A stretch of 45,738 bases of DNA, filler included, from Jimgerdemannia flammicorona (lineage: Eukaryota), in assembly GCA_003990765.1 (NCBI GenBank). It is 2 parts of 2 records of this genome, joined end to end, with 100 filler letters (N's around TTAATTAATTAA, not from the genome) between each part and the next. Parts side by side here need not be neighbours in the genome. Positions count along the whole stretch, not along the records: positions 22,922 to 45,738 come from RBNJ01001201.1; 1 more part is not named here. One strand, given 5' to 3'. The number at the start of each line of letters is the position of its first letter. The first letter of the stretch is position 1. The notes under the pieces were generated by a model. It was not told the DNA's origin, ran no database searches, and saw nothing but the letters and a program-made list of their open reading frames with translations. Below, piece by piece: positions 33,808 to 45,738 of the stretch. Both the position numbers and the translations under genes were made by a program.

Positions 33808-35000
33808 TTTTTTTTTTTTTTTTTTTTTTTAACAGACTCAATGTCCTGCGGATTTTTATTGGAAGGGAACCTAGACTATATAGGCCAAAACTCTCCCCCA
33901 TCACCCATCAAGCAATGCCCCCCCATTAACCTAGGCTAGCTATTGTCTGGCAGCTCAACTATACCAGGCACAGCATGGCTTATGTTGGCCTATACCTCAT
34001 TCTGTGCACCATACTCTCCCTACTACCAGGGGAAACCCAGCCATACACCAATGACCAAAAGTATATGCCTGAATGTACAAGCCCTCACCTAAGCTGAATA
34101 TAATAGCCTCTGCCACTCCAAAGAGAATGACAGGCAAAGAAAAAACCCTCATCAAAGTACAACATGGTGGGTAGGGCCTGGTTCTCTCAGTTGAGATAAG
34201 TAAAGGACTTATATGTGAGGTAGGAGGAGACCCCCAATACCCCACTACTTAAGCCTACAGGCCTCAATCACATTGCTATATCAGCTCCCAGTTCTAGTTA
34301 AGTACAGCCAAGATGCCTGAAATGGGTAGCCTTGGGCCCCCCAACCCCCTCTGATGACCAGGGCCCAACTCGCCAAATCACCCAAAGAAGCCGAGAGTGA
34401 CACCTACCATCTAACCATACTGCATCAATCAAAAGGCCCCACTGAAGCAGTACCTGCCCCAGTTCTGATGACCGCCCCCAGCCTGGCACCCTACTGTTTC
34501 ACCATTATCACCCTTCCTCCTATCTGTGATGGCCATCTCTTCTCCCATCCCAACAATACCCGAAAAGCAGTTATCTATGCCAGAACTGCACTCACCAGGA
34601 AGCTTGCCAAAGCCAGAGGGCCCCACCACAGGCACTGAGGACCTGTAGGTAACCTACACTGAGCACTTGATGCCCAAGGTAGGCTGACTCCCTACATAGC
34701 CTGAGACACACTAAGACAGCACCTTGTTGGTGATGGCAAAAGAAAGAAGGTACTGCACCAAAACAAATGCACTCCAGATGCAGCTGAAGGCACCAGAAAC
34801 TATGAAAAAGTAGAGAAGACACTGATCTGATACCAATCAAGGGGCAACTCATCACCACTGCCTCCCTCCCACTGCCCTGCAACAGGTACAGCAAACCAAC
34901 CTAAGGTAGAGGGGGTAATAATTGTGGAAAGTGGACTCAGAAGATTGCCTACCAAACCATTGTGACCAGTAAGGTAGTGGAGAAAGGAGTGTTGATGAAC
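33808..35000 (-). mobile_element. Probable 3' part of a different non-LTR retrotransposon (minus strand) with poly(A)
   Basis: Poly(T) at ~33808-33830, AATAAA on the minus strand just before it, and G/Trp-rich minus-strand remnants (LLWVIWR). Confidence 0.45.
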
Positions 35001-35002
35001 AC

Positions 35003-38000
35003 CTTTCTCCAGTAACATTCAGGTTACACAACCTTTTTGCAATACTTTCAACATAGTTTCCGGAGAAATATTACCAGTAACATGGCAACTGATGAGTATT
35101 CCGAGGTGTGTACTGGGCAGAGTGGCTCAGGTATATTCAACTAACAGTATGTGGTGAGGGGCTCTGGCATGGGTGGAAGCATGAGGGGCCTACTGGTGGG
35201 AGGAAGTAGTAGGGGAGGGGGTAGTGCTGGAGGTTAGAGAATAGGAAGGATGAGCTTTGCAGATAAGGTGAAGGGAGGTCAGCAGAGAGCTGGGCTAGAG
35301 GGCTGGCTTAGGAGGAGCAAGGAGACAATAAAGACTTCAGGGCAGCAGCCTCAAGGGGGAGTCTCTCTTGGGGGCTGGAGTAGTGGAGCTGATAGTGTAG
35401 GGGCTGAGGGGGGGACTGCTAATGGGAGTGTGACAGGTGATCAGGAAAAAAATCTAGATGGGACTGCTGATGGTGGACTGAGCAGTGGGAAAGGCATGAG
35501 GGCTAGTGATTTGGCAGATAGTATAACAGGACTGGCAGTGGCACCATTACTCAAGAAGTTGATCTTGGAGTTTACAGTCATCTTGTGCTTCTGGGGCTTA
35601 GCAGTAATGGTGAAAATGGTCCTGGGGCTGATTGCTAAGCAGGTGGCTGGAGTGATGTCAATAAAGTTCTTGAAGAAACTAGAAGGAGTGGAGGTTGGCT
35701 TTGAGGAGGCTGGACCATTGGAGGAGGCTCTGAAGGTTGGGTTGACAGCTGGAGAGATGTGTATTCTGATGGCACATTGCTTGAGATGAGACCACAGGGT
35801 GGTGCAATTGCTGGTGAAGGAGGTGCCCACAGGGACTGCTGAGGAAACAAGGAGGAGAGTTGTGGAAGTCATGGCTGAGTATGGTGAGGTGGTTGATGTT
35901 GGTTTCTGGGTCTGAGAGGGGATATTCAGGACTGGGGATGTTGTTGTTCAAATTCAGTTGGCAGGGAAGGAAGCTACTGGAAAGGCTAGAGACTGGCCTT
36001 TGGTGATGGTCTGGGGGGCTTTCTTGTACAAAGTGACAAGGGTGAGGGAGAGTGAGGAGGAGGAAGAGGATCTGCTAGAGGCACTGAAATAGTGGAGTAG
36101 TACTGTAGAGTGGAGGGCTAAGGCTTGGAAAGTGTATGTCAAGTTGACACATTTGGAAGTGGTGAATGGAAAGAAGATTTAAATAGATAAGGGGTGATGG
36201 GAAAGAGCCCAAGGATGCAAGAAACAGAGGGAGCTATTGGCAAAACTGAAAAGCAAGGCAAAGACAGATACTAGTGGTATTGAAATCATGGGGAGAGCCA
36301 AGGAGAGCATCTGGACTAGCAAGGATAGAGAGAATACAGGGAAGGGGTCAGGAGGGAGAGAGGAGGTGAAGGGAGGTAACTCTTATGTAGATGGTACCTT
36401 TGGGGTCTGAGAGCTGTCCCTGACCCTTATGCCTCTTATTCAATGTGGTCCAGCTCCAAGGGATAGGGTGGCAGAGGATGTGTCTATGCAGGGAGCCCAG
36501 CAGGTACACTTTGGAGTTCCTGAGGTAGCAAAGGGGGGGTGGGTGGTAGCAGTGGGGGAGGATGAATTGGTGGATGTTGAAGAGGAGGTATGGGATGAGG
36601 CTGCAAGAGCGGGGGCTGATATCTCAATGCTGGATAGAGGGTGGCTGATGACTCCCAGGGAGAAGGAGGTGTGAAATCTACTGTAGATGTGAAGGATGAT
36701 GAATAACTTTGCAGCAGAGGAGTTGGGGGAGGTGGACCTGTGAGTGATAAGTAATGAGTATTGGGCATGTGTCCTGCATGGCAAGGGAGTGGTGGAGGTA
36801 CTAAAGGTGGAGATTCTTGTAATTTTCCTGGAGGAGAAAGGATATGAGATTGATAAGGAGAGGGAGGCTGGGCTGGTGGCTGCTGCTGGTGAGAGGGCCA
36901 CTTTCTGTTGGGCAGAGCAGCATGGGATACAGCTCTGGCAGGAGGCCTGCCTGGAATATTATGAGGAATTTGAGGAGAAGTAGGATGAGGAGCTCACTGA
37001 AATTCTGGTTGGACTGGAGACTAAGAGGACAGAAGAGTTGATGGAAGCTGCAGAACATGATCTGGACCTGGCTCAGAAAGAGATGAACATAGAGCAGTAG
37101 AGGATGTGCTTACTATTATACATTATTCCTTATGAACAATATAACCAACATTTTCTCTTTAAATGTGAATTGGCTCCAGGGTTTGTTTTGTCAACTGAAC
37201 ATTTTTGCTTGGCTGAAGGGATTGGAGGCCAATCTCTTCCTTTTGCAGTATATCAGATATGAGGATGATTTGGATAAACTGGAATAGACAAAGGAATGAG
37301 GAGGGGAGGCAGTTTGGAAGAGCAAGGTTGGGATTCTGGTCAGGAAGGGCAGAGGGGAGATACAGGATGTGCAGAACTGGGGAGACAGGCTGGTCTGGGG
37401 GGAGCAGATTCATGCTGAGCAGAAACTGGTTACAGTTGGATCCTGCTACTATTCTGCAGTAAGGGGGAAATAGGTAGAGTGGGTAGAGGGTCTCAGGGAG
37501 GAAGGGCCTCTGGCAGAAGCTGTAGTGGATGTGCTTTGCAGAGACTTTAATATGGTCAGAGATATACTGTTGGATAGAACTGATAGAGAGTAGGGAGTGG
37601 AGGGGAGGAGTAGAGGTTTGAAGATGTGAGAGGAGGTAGAGAGGCTGAGTGCTTTAGTGGATGATGGCAGGGAGCTATGGAGTGACAGAAGGATATATAC
37701 ACATTGGACAAGTGGCCTGGGGATAAGGATTGACTGGATTTTGACTGCAGACTGCTGGGGTCTGAATGTTTGGGGGTCCCTGGAGGCAAAATGGTGTCTG
37801 TGGTCTGATCATTGGGAACTGCTGGGTCATGGACATTTTCCTCAACTCTTTCCTAGTGGATAACAAGGTTCTATAAGATAGGTGGGCTGAGGATATTTAG
37901 CAGAGGGTGGAGGGGTGGATAAGGGAAGGTGCCTCAGTTGGCATTAGATAGATGAGGCTAAAGGAGGCTGTTAGGGTCTACTGAAGGGAGACAGATGTGA

Positions 38001-39830
38001 CAGCTGGGAGACAGAGGAAGAAGAAGGGAGTGTGGGCCTCTGCTATATTGAAGATGTTGTTGGAAGATTGGGTGGGTTTGGTGTCCCTGGAGGGGGTGGA
38101 GGATTGGAGGTTGTGGAGTTACAACAAGTACTGTGAGAGGAGAAGGAAGTGTAGATGCAGAGTATAGCAGTACATCTTCATTGGCAGGGGCTCAAGGAAG
38201 GAGAGAGGCCCTTTAAGTTTCTCATGAGGGCTCTTCAGGCAAGGAGGGTTTGGCAGAGGTGGGAGGGGGTTCTCGATTCTGAGGAGTCATTGGTGCATGG
38301 TATACAAGACATTCTCAGGTCACTGAAGGAGTAGTGGTATAGCTTGTAGAGTGAGGAGGAGGGTGTGGTGGAAGATGCCTCCATTAGATTGCCTTGGAGG
38401 ATTGATACTCGCCACAGACAGAAGGGCTGAGCAACCTGATGATGCCAGTACAGGAGGAGGTGATTTACCAGATACTTACCACAACTACATTGGGCATAGC
38501 ACCAGAGGAGGATGGCCTACACTGGACTTTCTGGAAGAAGATGGTGGATATCCCCAGTGTACTGAGAGAGCTGAGGGCACTCTGTGACTTGGTACTGCAG
38601 TTTAGGAGATGGGTAGGAGAGCAGAATCTGGGGCTAGTGGTGCTGCTGTATAAGAACAAGAGTAGGAGGGAGGACTGAAGGAACTGGAGGCCAATTGTAC
38701 TACTAGATATGGACAGAAAGTTGATTACTAAGGTGGTAGTATTGAGGCTGCAGAAGGTGGCCCAGCAGGTCTTGGGGGTGGAGTAGCAGGGATTTGTCAG
38801 AGGCTGACTCATTCTGGATAGCACAGCTTGGGTATACAGTATTATTAAAGGGCAATAGACCTGTGGATTGGATGGGCACCTAGTCTTCTTGGATCAGGAG
38901 AAGGCATACAACTATGTTCAGAGAGTCTGGTTGGCAAAGATATAAGACAGGGAGTCTCTTGTCAGTCCTAAACAGCAATGGTCAGTGTCCTGAAAGGGAG
39001 AAGGGCTGTGCTCATGTGTAATGGGCATAAAGGGGTGGCTTTCCCTCTGTAGGGGTGTTCTCCAGGGGGACCCACTGTCCCCCATTTTGTATGCACTCTC
39101 TTTGGAGCTCCTAATGGATAGGATTGGGTGGAAGATAGAAGGGCTTTCAATTTATAGCATTGAGTGAAAAGTTTTGCTATTGCAGATAATATAGTAGTTG
39201 GTCTGAATTTGATTGCCAATGTTGAGAAGCTCAAGGAGACTGTGGAGTGGTATGAGGTATACTCTGGGACAAAGCTCAATTGGCATAAGGGTGAAATAAT
39301 AGTGCTGGGTAATGGCCTGGTAGGGGGGGAGGTCATTGGAACAATTGTCTCTGCTAGAGAGGTAGTGAGGTACTTGGGCATCTATCTGTCAGTGTATGCA
39401 TCCATTCTTCCAAAACTCTGGTGGGAGTAGTGGGTGGTTATCTGGGGGGAGGCTCTGTAAAGATGGGGAGGCCACCACTTGTCTCTGGCAGGGTGTGTTT
39501 CCATCTTGAATATCTACTGGCTGCCAAAGTTATAGTATCTGGCATATCATCTGGACTTCCTGGTCTGGGTGGTGAAGAAACTACTGAAACTGACCAAGGG
39601 GTGGATCTGGGCAGGGAGGAGGAGTCAGATTAGCTGGGAAATTCTATCCCTACCAGTGACTAGGGGGGGACTTGGGCTGGTTGACTCTCAAAGTGATTAC
39701 ACTTCCTGAGAGTATGGTGACTGAAGAGAGCTATTGAGCTAGTGGGAGGCAGCTGGGTTCCTCTATTGAAGAAGGTCTGGGAGATAAGGTCCTCACTAAG
39801 AGGATCTACAGGAGATCTTCTGTCCTTCAT
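35003..39830 (+). mobile_element. L1/Tx1-type LINE copy D (older subfamily), interrupted at ~39830 by copy E
   Basis: 5' CAGTAACATTCAGG, ORF1 homologue and ORF2 APE/RT remnants with many stops. Breaks off after GDLLSF. Confidence 0.9.
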
Positions 39831-42800
39831 CTTTCACTGGTAATATTCAGGTGACACAAGACTCAGACAACACTTTCTACAATGTTTTTGGTGATTAACG
39901 ACTATTAACATGGAAGGCAATGATTGAACTGATGAGCATACTGGCCAAGGGGAAGGAGGTGCCTTTGGCTGGCAGCAGGTGGGGAGGAGGGGAGATGGTT
40001 TGGGGATGCCAGGAGTATCAATGGCTAACCGGAGTCCTGGTGGTGGAGGGAGGGGAGGCCTGAGGCAGTGAGGAGGGGAGAGGTTGACCTTTGCTGATAA
40101 GCTCAAACTGGGGAAGATAGCCTCTGGTCTGGATGGTTGGCTGGGCCTGGGGAAGGTGCTAGCAGTTGCTGCTGGAGGACTAAAAGGAGTGCCCAGGGAA
40201 GTGTCTGGTGGTAGGGGAGGAGGGGGAGTAGGGGCTGGAGATGTGACTGTTGATGGGGCTGTGACTGGGGATCTGGCAAAAAATCCAGATATGATGGCAG
40301 TGGCTAATTCAGGACAAGGGAAGGGCATGAGGCCTGGGAACCTGGTGGATGGGGTGATGAGCATGGTGTTGGTGCCATTACTTAAGAAATTGAGGTCAGA
40401 ATTCGCTGTCACAATGTGTTTCAGGGGCTTGGCAGAGACTGCGAGGATGATCTTAGGGCTGGTGGTGCAGGAGGCGAAAGGAGTAGCTTTGGTGAAGTTT
40501 TTGAAGGGGAAGGAAGAGGTTGAAGTGGGGTTTGAGGAGGAAGAAGCTTGGCTGGCAGCCATGGAGAAGGGGGTGATGGTTGGCAGAGTTGTGGTCCCAA
40601 TGACCAGGTGCATGTGCTGGGACCCCCGAGTGGTGAAGTTGACAGTGTTGGACCTTCCCATGGTGTCAAAGAAGAGGGCCAGGGAGTTGATTATGGAGGT
40701 AGTCAAGAAGTATAGGGAGATTGTAGATATTGAGTTCAAGGTCTGGGAGGGTACAGAGCTCTGGACTGGTGATATCGATGTCAGGGTGAGGCTGGCTGGA
40801 AAGGAGAACACGGGGAAGGTGAGGGACTGGCCAGTGACTCTGAGGTGGGGACCTATGGAGTGCAAGGTCACGAGAGTGAAGGGGAAGAGGAGGACTTGCT
40901 TTGGAGGAGAGGGAGATCGAAGGGGGTGGCCTGGGCCCACGGGGCATTGGTTGAAGGGGAGAGCGACATTGTATTATTAGTACTATAGACTTCAGTAATA
41001 AAGGGCAGTCCAAGTGACTATAAAAAAAAAAAAAAAAAAAAGAGGAGGACTTGCTTAAGGCCCTGGAAGATCTGGAAGGGGCAGTTGAGAGAAGGTGATT
41101 TATCTGAAAGGAGTATGAGGCCAGGACAGTGGTGGAAGTCATGGATGGAAAGAAGGTCAGGATGGATTGGGCGACCTGGGAGAAGATGCAGGGGAGGAAA
41201 ATCCAGAAGGAGCTGCTGGTGAAGTTGGGTGGTGGTGGAGCAGACAGCGGTACAGGGGATGGAAGAATGGGATTACAGGAGAGTGCCTGGGCCAGGGGAA
41301 GCCAGATGGCCCAAGGTGGGGATCAGGTTGGATTGGGAGAGGTGAGAGAAGGTGGTGTGGAGGCAGATGTGGAAATGAGTGAAGGAGTGCACCCTCGGTA
41401 TAGTGTCCCAGGTGGAGCAGGGTGGGAGGAGGAGTTGCTAGATGTACCAGATGAGGAGTGGGATGAGTCAGTGAGGAGGAGCACTCTGGTGGACCCAGAG
41501 GTGGGGGGTGGTCAGATTACCCAGGGTGTGGCAGAGACAGTGGATGAGGAGAAGTGGCTGTGGAAGACTCTGGGAGGGGTAGCAGCTGAGGAGCTGGGGG
41601 GAGAGGATTTCTGAGTTATGGAGGAGAGGCATTGGGAGGAAATCCTATGAGGGGAGGAGGTGCCAAGAAGGCGAGGAATGAGATCCTGGCAGTCCTCTGG
41701 GAATCAGTTGAATACCGAGTCAATGATCAGAGGGAGGAGGAACTCAGGGAGATTGCAAATAACTGGGCAGCATACTTGTGGAACTTGAGGAAGGGATTGG
41801 AGAAGTAGTGCATGGTCTGCATGGACTACCAGTCGGAGATGGAGGTGGTGGATGGGGTGGAATGTCAGGAAATCTTGGAGGCGCTGGATGCTCAGGCTGT
41901 TGCAGAGGGTGAATTGAAAGCAGAGCAGTACTTGGATCTGGCTGGGGATGAGATGAGTATGGAGTATTAGGATGGGATCTCAAATGCAAACAATTTTTCA
42001 TTATGAACACTACAACTAGCATTCTCTCTTTGAACATAAATGGGTTACGGGGGGTGGCTAGGAGGAAGTACATATTTGGATGACTAAAGGGACTAGATGC
42101 AGATCTCTTCTTGCTGCAGGACGTTTATTATGAGGCAGATGTGGACTTACAGGATTGGACTAGGGAATGGGGGGGGGCTGCAGTATGGAGGGAGAGGGTG
42201 GGTATCCTTATTCGAAAAGGGATGGGGGACATTGGGGACATTGGACATTGGGGGTCTTGGGTAGTATGGGGAGTGTGGAAGAGGCCTGGGCAGAGCCTAT
42301 TGACAGTTGGGTCTTGTTACTGCCCAGCTGAGAGAAGGGAGTGAGTGGATTGGATTCGCAGGTTGAAAGAGGCCGGTGTCTTGGGTGAGGTTGGGTTGGA
42401 CTGCTTGGGGGGTGACTTCAATATGGTATGAGATAAGGAGATGGACAGGACAGATGGAGGGAGAGGAATGCAGGGCAGGGGTGGTGGGTTGGATAACTGG
42501 TTGGAGATAGAGCAGTTGAGTTCTTTAGTGGATTTGGGAAGACAGTTTTGGGCCGATCATTGGGTGTATACTCACTGGGCAGCAGGGCTGGGCTCCAGGA
42601 TTGACTGGATTTTGACAGCGGATTGCTAGGGAGCAGATGTCTGGACAATGCTGGAGGTGGTTTGGTGCTCATGGTCTGATCACTGGGGGCTGCTAGGAGG
42701 GGGGAGGTTTGGGGGAAGTGAGGATGGGCCTGGACATTGGCAACTAAATTCTTCTTTGTTGGAAGATGGGGTTTTGTGGGTGGACTGGGAAAAGGAAGTT

Positions 42801-45738
42801 ATTGAGAATATTGGAGGGTGGTGGGACCAGGATATGGTGATTAGGGACTGCTGGAGGAGGCTGAAGGCAAATGCTCAAGGATATTGGAGGGAGGCAGGGA
42901 AAGGAAGTTGTGCTCAATGATGGCAGAGAGTGCTATGGGCCTCGCAGCGATTGGCAGCACTCATGAGGAGATAGGCAGGAGTGCTAGAAGATTGAGAGGT
43001 GACCAACTGGTGGATTGTGAGGATCCGAAAGGAGGTTGAGGAGCTTAAAGAAGTGCTATGAAGGGAGGAGGAGGTGAGGCTGAAGGGGATGGTGGTATGG
43101 TTGCAGTGGCAGGGGCTTGAGGAGGGAGAGAGACCTACTAGGTTTTTGTTGTGAATGTTACAAGCATGACGAACAAAGCAGTGGTGGGAGGGAGTCCTAG
43201 ATGTGGATGGGGAGCTGGTGGTGGGGACTCTGGCAATTCTGGGATTGCTGAGAACCCACTAGGAGGGTCTTTGGAGTGAGGAGGAAGGAGGAGAGGATGC
43301 CTTGGACATTGAGAGGTAGCTGGGGGACTGGCATCTGGACCCTGTGATGGGCCTGGAGACTTTGGGGGACCCAGTGAGTAGAGAGGAAATTTGCAAGGCT
43401 TTGGCCATGACCAGTAAGAGGATGGCTCTGGGGGAGGATGGGCTTCCCTGAGATTTTTGGAAGAAGATGGCAGGGGTGGGCAAGATATTGGAGGAAATGA
43501 TGCAGATGTGTGGTGAGATACTTCAGTCTGGAACTTAGATTGGGGGCCAGCACCTAGAACTGGTCAACTTGCTCTACAAGAATAAGAAGAGGCAGGAAGA
43601 TTGGAAGAACTGGTGGCTGATCATGTTACTCGACATGGACTGCAAACTGGTGATGAAGATATTTGTGATGAGGCTGCAAGGAATTGCTCAGCAAGTGCTT
43701 GGTGTGGAGCAGCATGGATTTGTCAGTGGCAGGTTGATCTGTGATGGGACTGCATGGGTATATGGTGTGATTGAAGGAGCCCGGGCTGCAGGGGTGGATG
43801 GCCAGTTGGTCTTTTTGGATCAGGAGAAGGCATATGATAGAGTGTGGAGGATCTGGTTAGAGAGAGTGTTGTAACAGATTGGTATTCCTCTGGGGTTCCA
43901 CAGGTCATTGATCAGCCTTTTGGAGGACAGTCAGGCTGCATTAGTAGTCAATGGCCACTGGGGTGTGGCCTTTCCCCTTGGCCATGGAGTGCCACAAGGT
44001 GACCCTCTGTCACCCATCTTATATGCCCTTTCCCTGGAGCCCCTCCTGGACAGGATCTGGTGTCGAATTGGGAGTTTAGACATCTTAGGGATAAATTGGA
44101 AGGTGGGGGCCTTTGCAGATGACATGGTGGTTGGACTGGGCTCGTTGGTGGATGTGGGGGAATTACAGCAGTCTGTTGAATAGTATGAGAGAGGATCTGG
44201 TGCTAAACTCAATTGGCACAAATGTGAGACTCTGGTGCTAGGTGATGGAATCATTGGTGACAACGTAATTGGGACAGTGGTACCAGCAGGCAAGCCAGTG
44301 CGCTACTTGGGGATTTACTTCTTGGTGTTTGGGTCACTTCTCCCCCATGCATGGTGGGACTGACAACTTTTGGAGTGGGAAAAGTGCTTCTGCAATGGGG
44401 TGGTCGACATATATCCTTAGCAGGAAGATTGATGGTGCCGAATGTGTATTGGCTGCCAAAGCTGTGGTATGTGGGGTATTATCTGGATTTTCCAGCTTGG
44501 GTGGTCAGGGAGCTGTTGAAGATGGCAAGATCGTGGTAGTGGAGAGGGTGGCATAGTCAGATAGGTTGGGAGGTACTTACACTGCCAGTGGAAAGAGGTG
44601 GGCTGGGTTTGGTGGACTTTACCAAATGGCTTCATTTTTTGAGGGCCTAGTGGCTGAGGAGAGCGAGTGAGCTGAGGGGCTGGGAGTGGGTGCCACTCAT
44701 GTGGAGGGTGTGGGAGTTCTGATATTCCCCTCGTGGAGACTCTGGTGACCTGCTTGCGATGGTGGCCATGGATGAGAGCAGGAGGATGTGGTATAAGGGC
44801 TTCTGGTGGGGGGTGGTGGATGGGGCTAAGAGAATTGGTCTTCAGTGGCAGGGTGATGAAGGAGAGGAGGATTGGGGACCACAGATGTGGCGGTGGGACA
44901 GGCTACTACTGGGTGGTGCTTTGGTAGAGGACTTCCAGCTTAGAGAGGGTATAGAGTGTCTGTGGGGCTTGGGTGGTGATCTTTGGCCTGAAGCCTGGCA
45001 GAGGGTTGGGATTGGTGAGGAGTGGGACTGGAATGGGCTCTGGCTCTGGAGCAAGCAGGTGATGTGGTGGCTACCTCCCAAGTTCTGGGTGGTATGGTAG
45101 CAAGTTCTATAGTGGAATGTGATATTGAACTATCAGTCTGGGCACTTGGTGGTCAGTGGCACATTTGAGTGTGAGGAATGCTTTGGTGTTCATCAGGAGG
45201 GAGGAGAAGTACAAATGCCTGAACATTGGCTTGGCAAGTGTGACATTTTGGGGGTATTTTGGTGGTGTGTCATGGACCAGTTGAGACTGCAAGCCCTGGA
45301 GGGAGGGGAAGGGGGGAGATTGGGGAGAGCTCCACTGAAGGCTAGTCAGTAGGGTTGGGGATGAATGGTTGACCCTTGGCTGGGCTCTGGCCATATGGGT
45401 TGGGATGGCTGAGCATTGGGTACATGTATTTGAGGAGGGCCAGTAGGTTGGGGTTGGGGATAAGGTAGCATTTTGGGAATGGTTATTATTAGACATTTTG
45501 AATAGCTGGTGGTGGTGGTGGGGGCCAGGTGGGGGGAGTCGCAGGGGTTTGGTACAGTACATCTCCTGGAAGAGTGGCAGGAGAATTCAGGTGGTGGGTG
45601 ACTGAGTTGTCCTAAGGCAGGGGGGCATTAAGAGAGGAGGAATGGGTCTGCAGGGTATTGGCTGAGGGGATGGGGTGATATTGTATCAATATTATTATAG
45701 ATGGCAGTAATAAAGGGCAGTTCAAGTGACTATAAAAA
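39831..45738 (+). mobile_element. L1/Tx1-type LINE copy E, full length, decayed
   Basis: 5' UTR is close to copy C. ORF1 from ~39910 and ORF2 from ~42003 (GVPQGDPLSPILY, AFADD). Ends AATAAAGGGCAGTTCAAGTGACTATAAAAA at the window edge. Confidence 0.95.
40902..41041 (+). mobile_element. 140-bp 5'-truncated LINE 3' end inserted into ORF1 of copy E
   Basis: Ends GTCCAAGTGACTAT-poly(A). Flanked by 15-bp TSD GAGGAGGACTTGCTT (40887-40901, 41042-41056). Confidence 0.92.

Noticed and set aside
34354..34790. Plus-strand HSLRH motif suggesting a tyrosine recombinase (DIRS/Crypton)
   Set aside because: The motif is flanked by stops and lacks a convincing catalytic Tyr. The minus-strand poly(A) and composition fit a LINE 3' end better.

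Overview
This is eukaryotic, transposon-dense DNA, most likely from an early-diverging fungus (Mucoromycota-like; inferred from intron style and protein families). Most of the window is a nested set of decayed mobile elements: MULE, hAT with palindromic MITEs, piggyBac, a copia gag, an endonuclease-less Penelope-like RT, and at least five L1/Tx1-type LINE copies of graded age. These have been eroded by C>T/G>A mutation. One CpG-retaining island (~9.7-12.75 kb) holds the only intact gene I can reconstruct: a 9-exon, ~542-aa minus-strand gene with a PD-(D/E)XK/restriction-endonuclease-like C-terminus. Its one oversized intron (569 nt against 69-95 nt for the others) carries two 190-nt direct repeats separated by 25 nt. 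The repeats fold into many hairpins on the transcribed strand, and several of their differences preserve pairing. This nuclease-like gene plus intronic structured-RNA tandem is the best candidate for something undescribed. An artificial scaffold linker lies at 22822-22921. All alignments and folds were done by eye.
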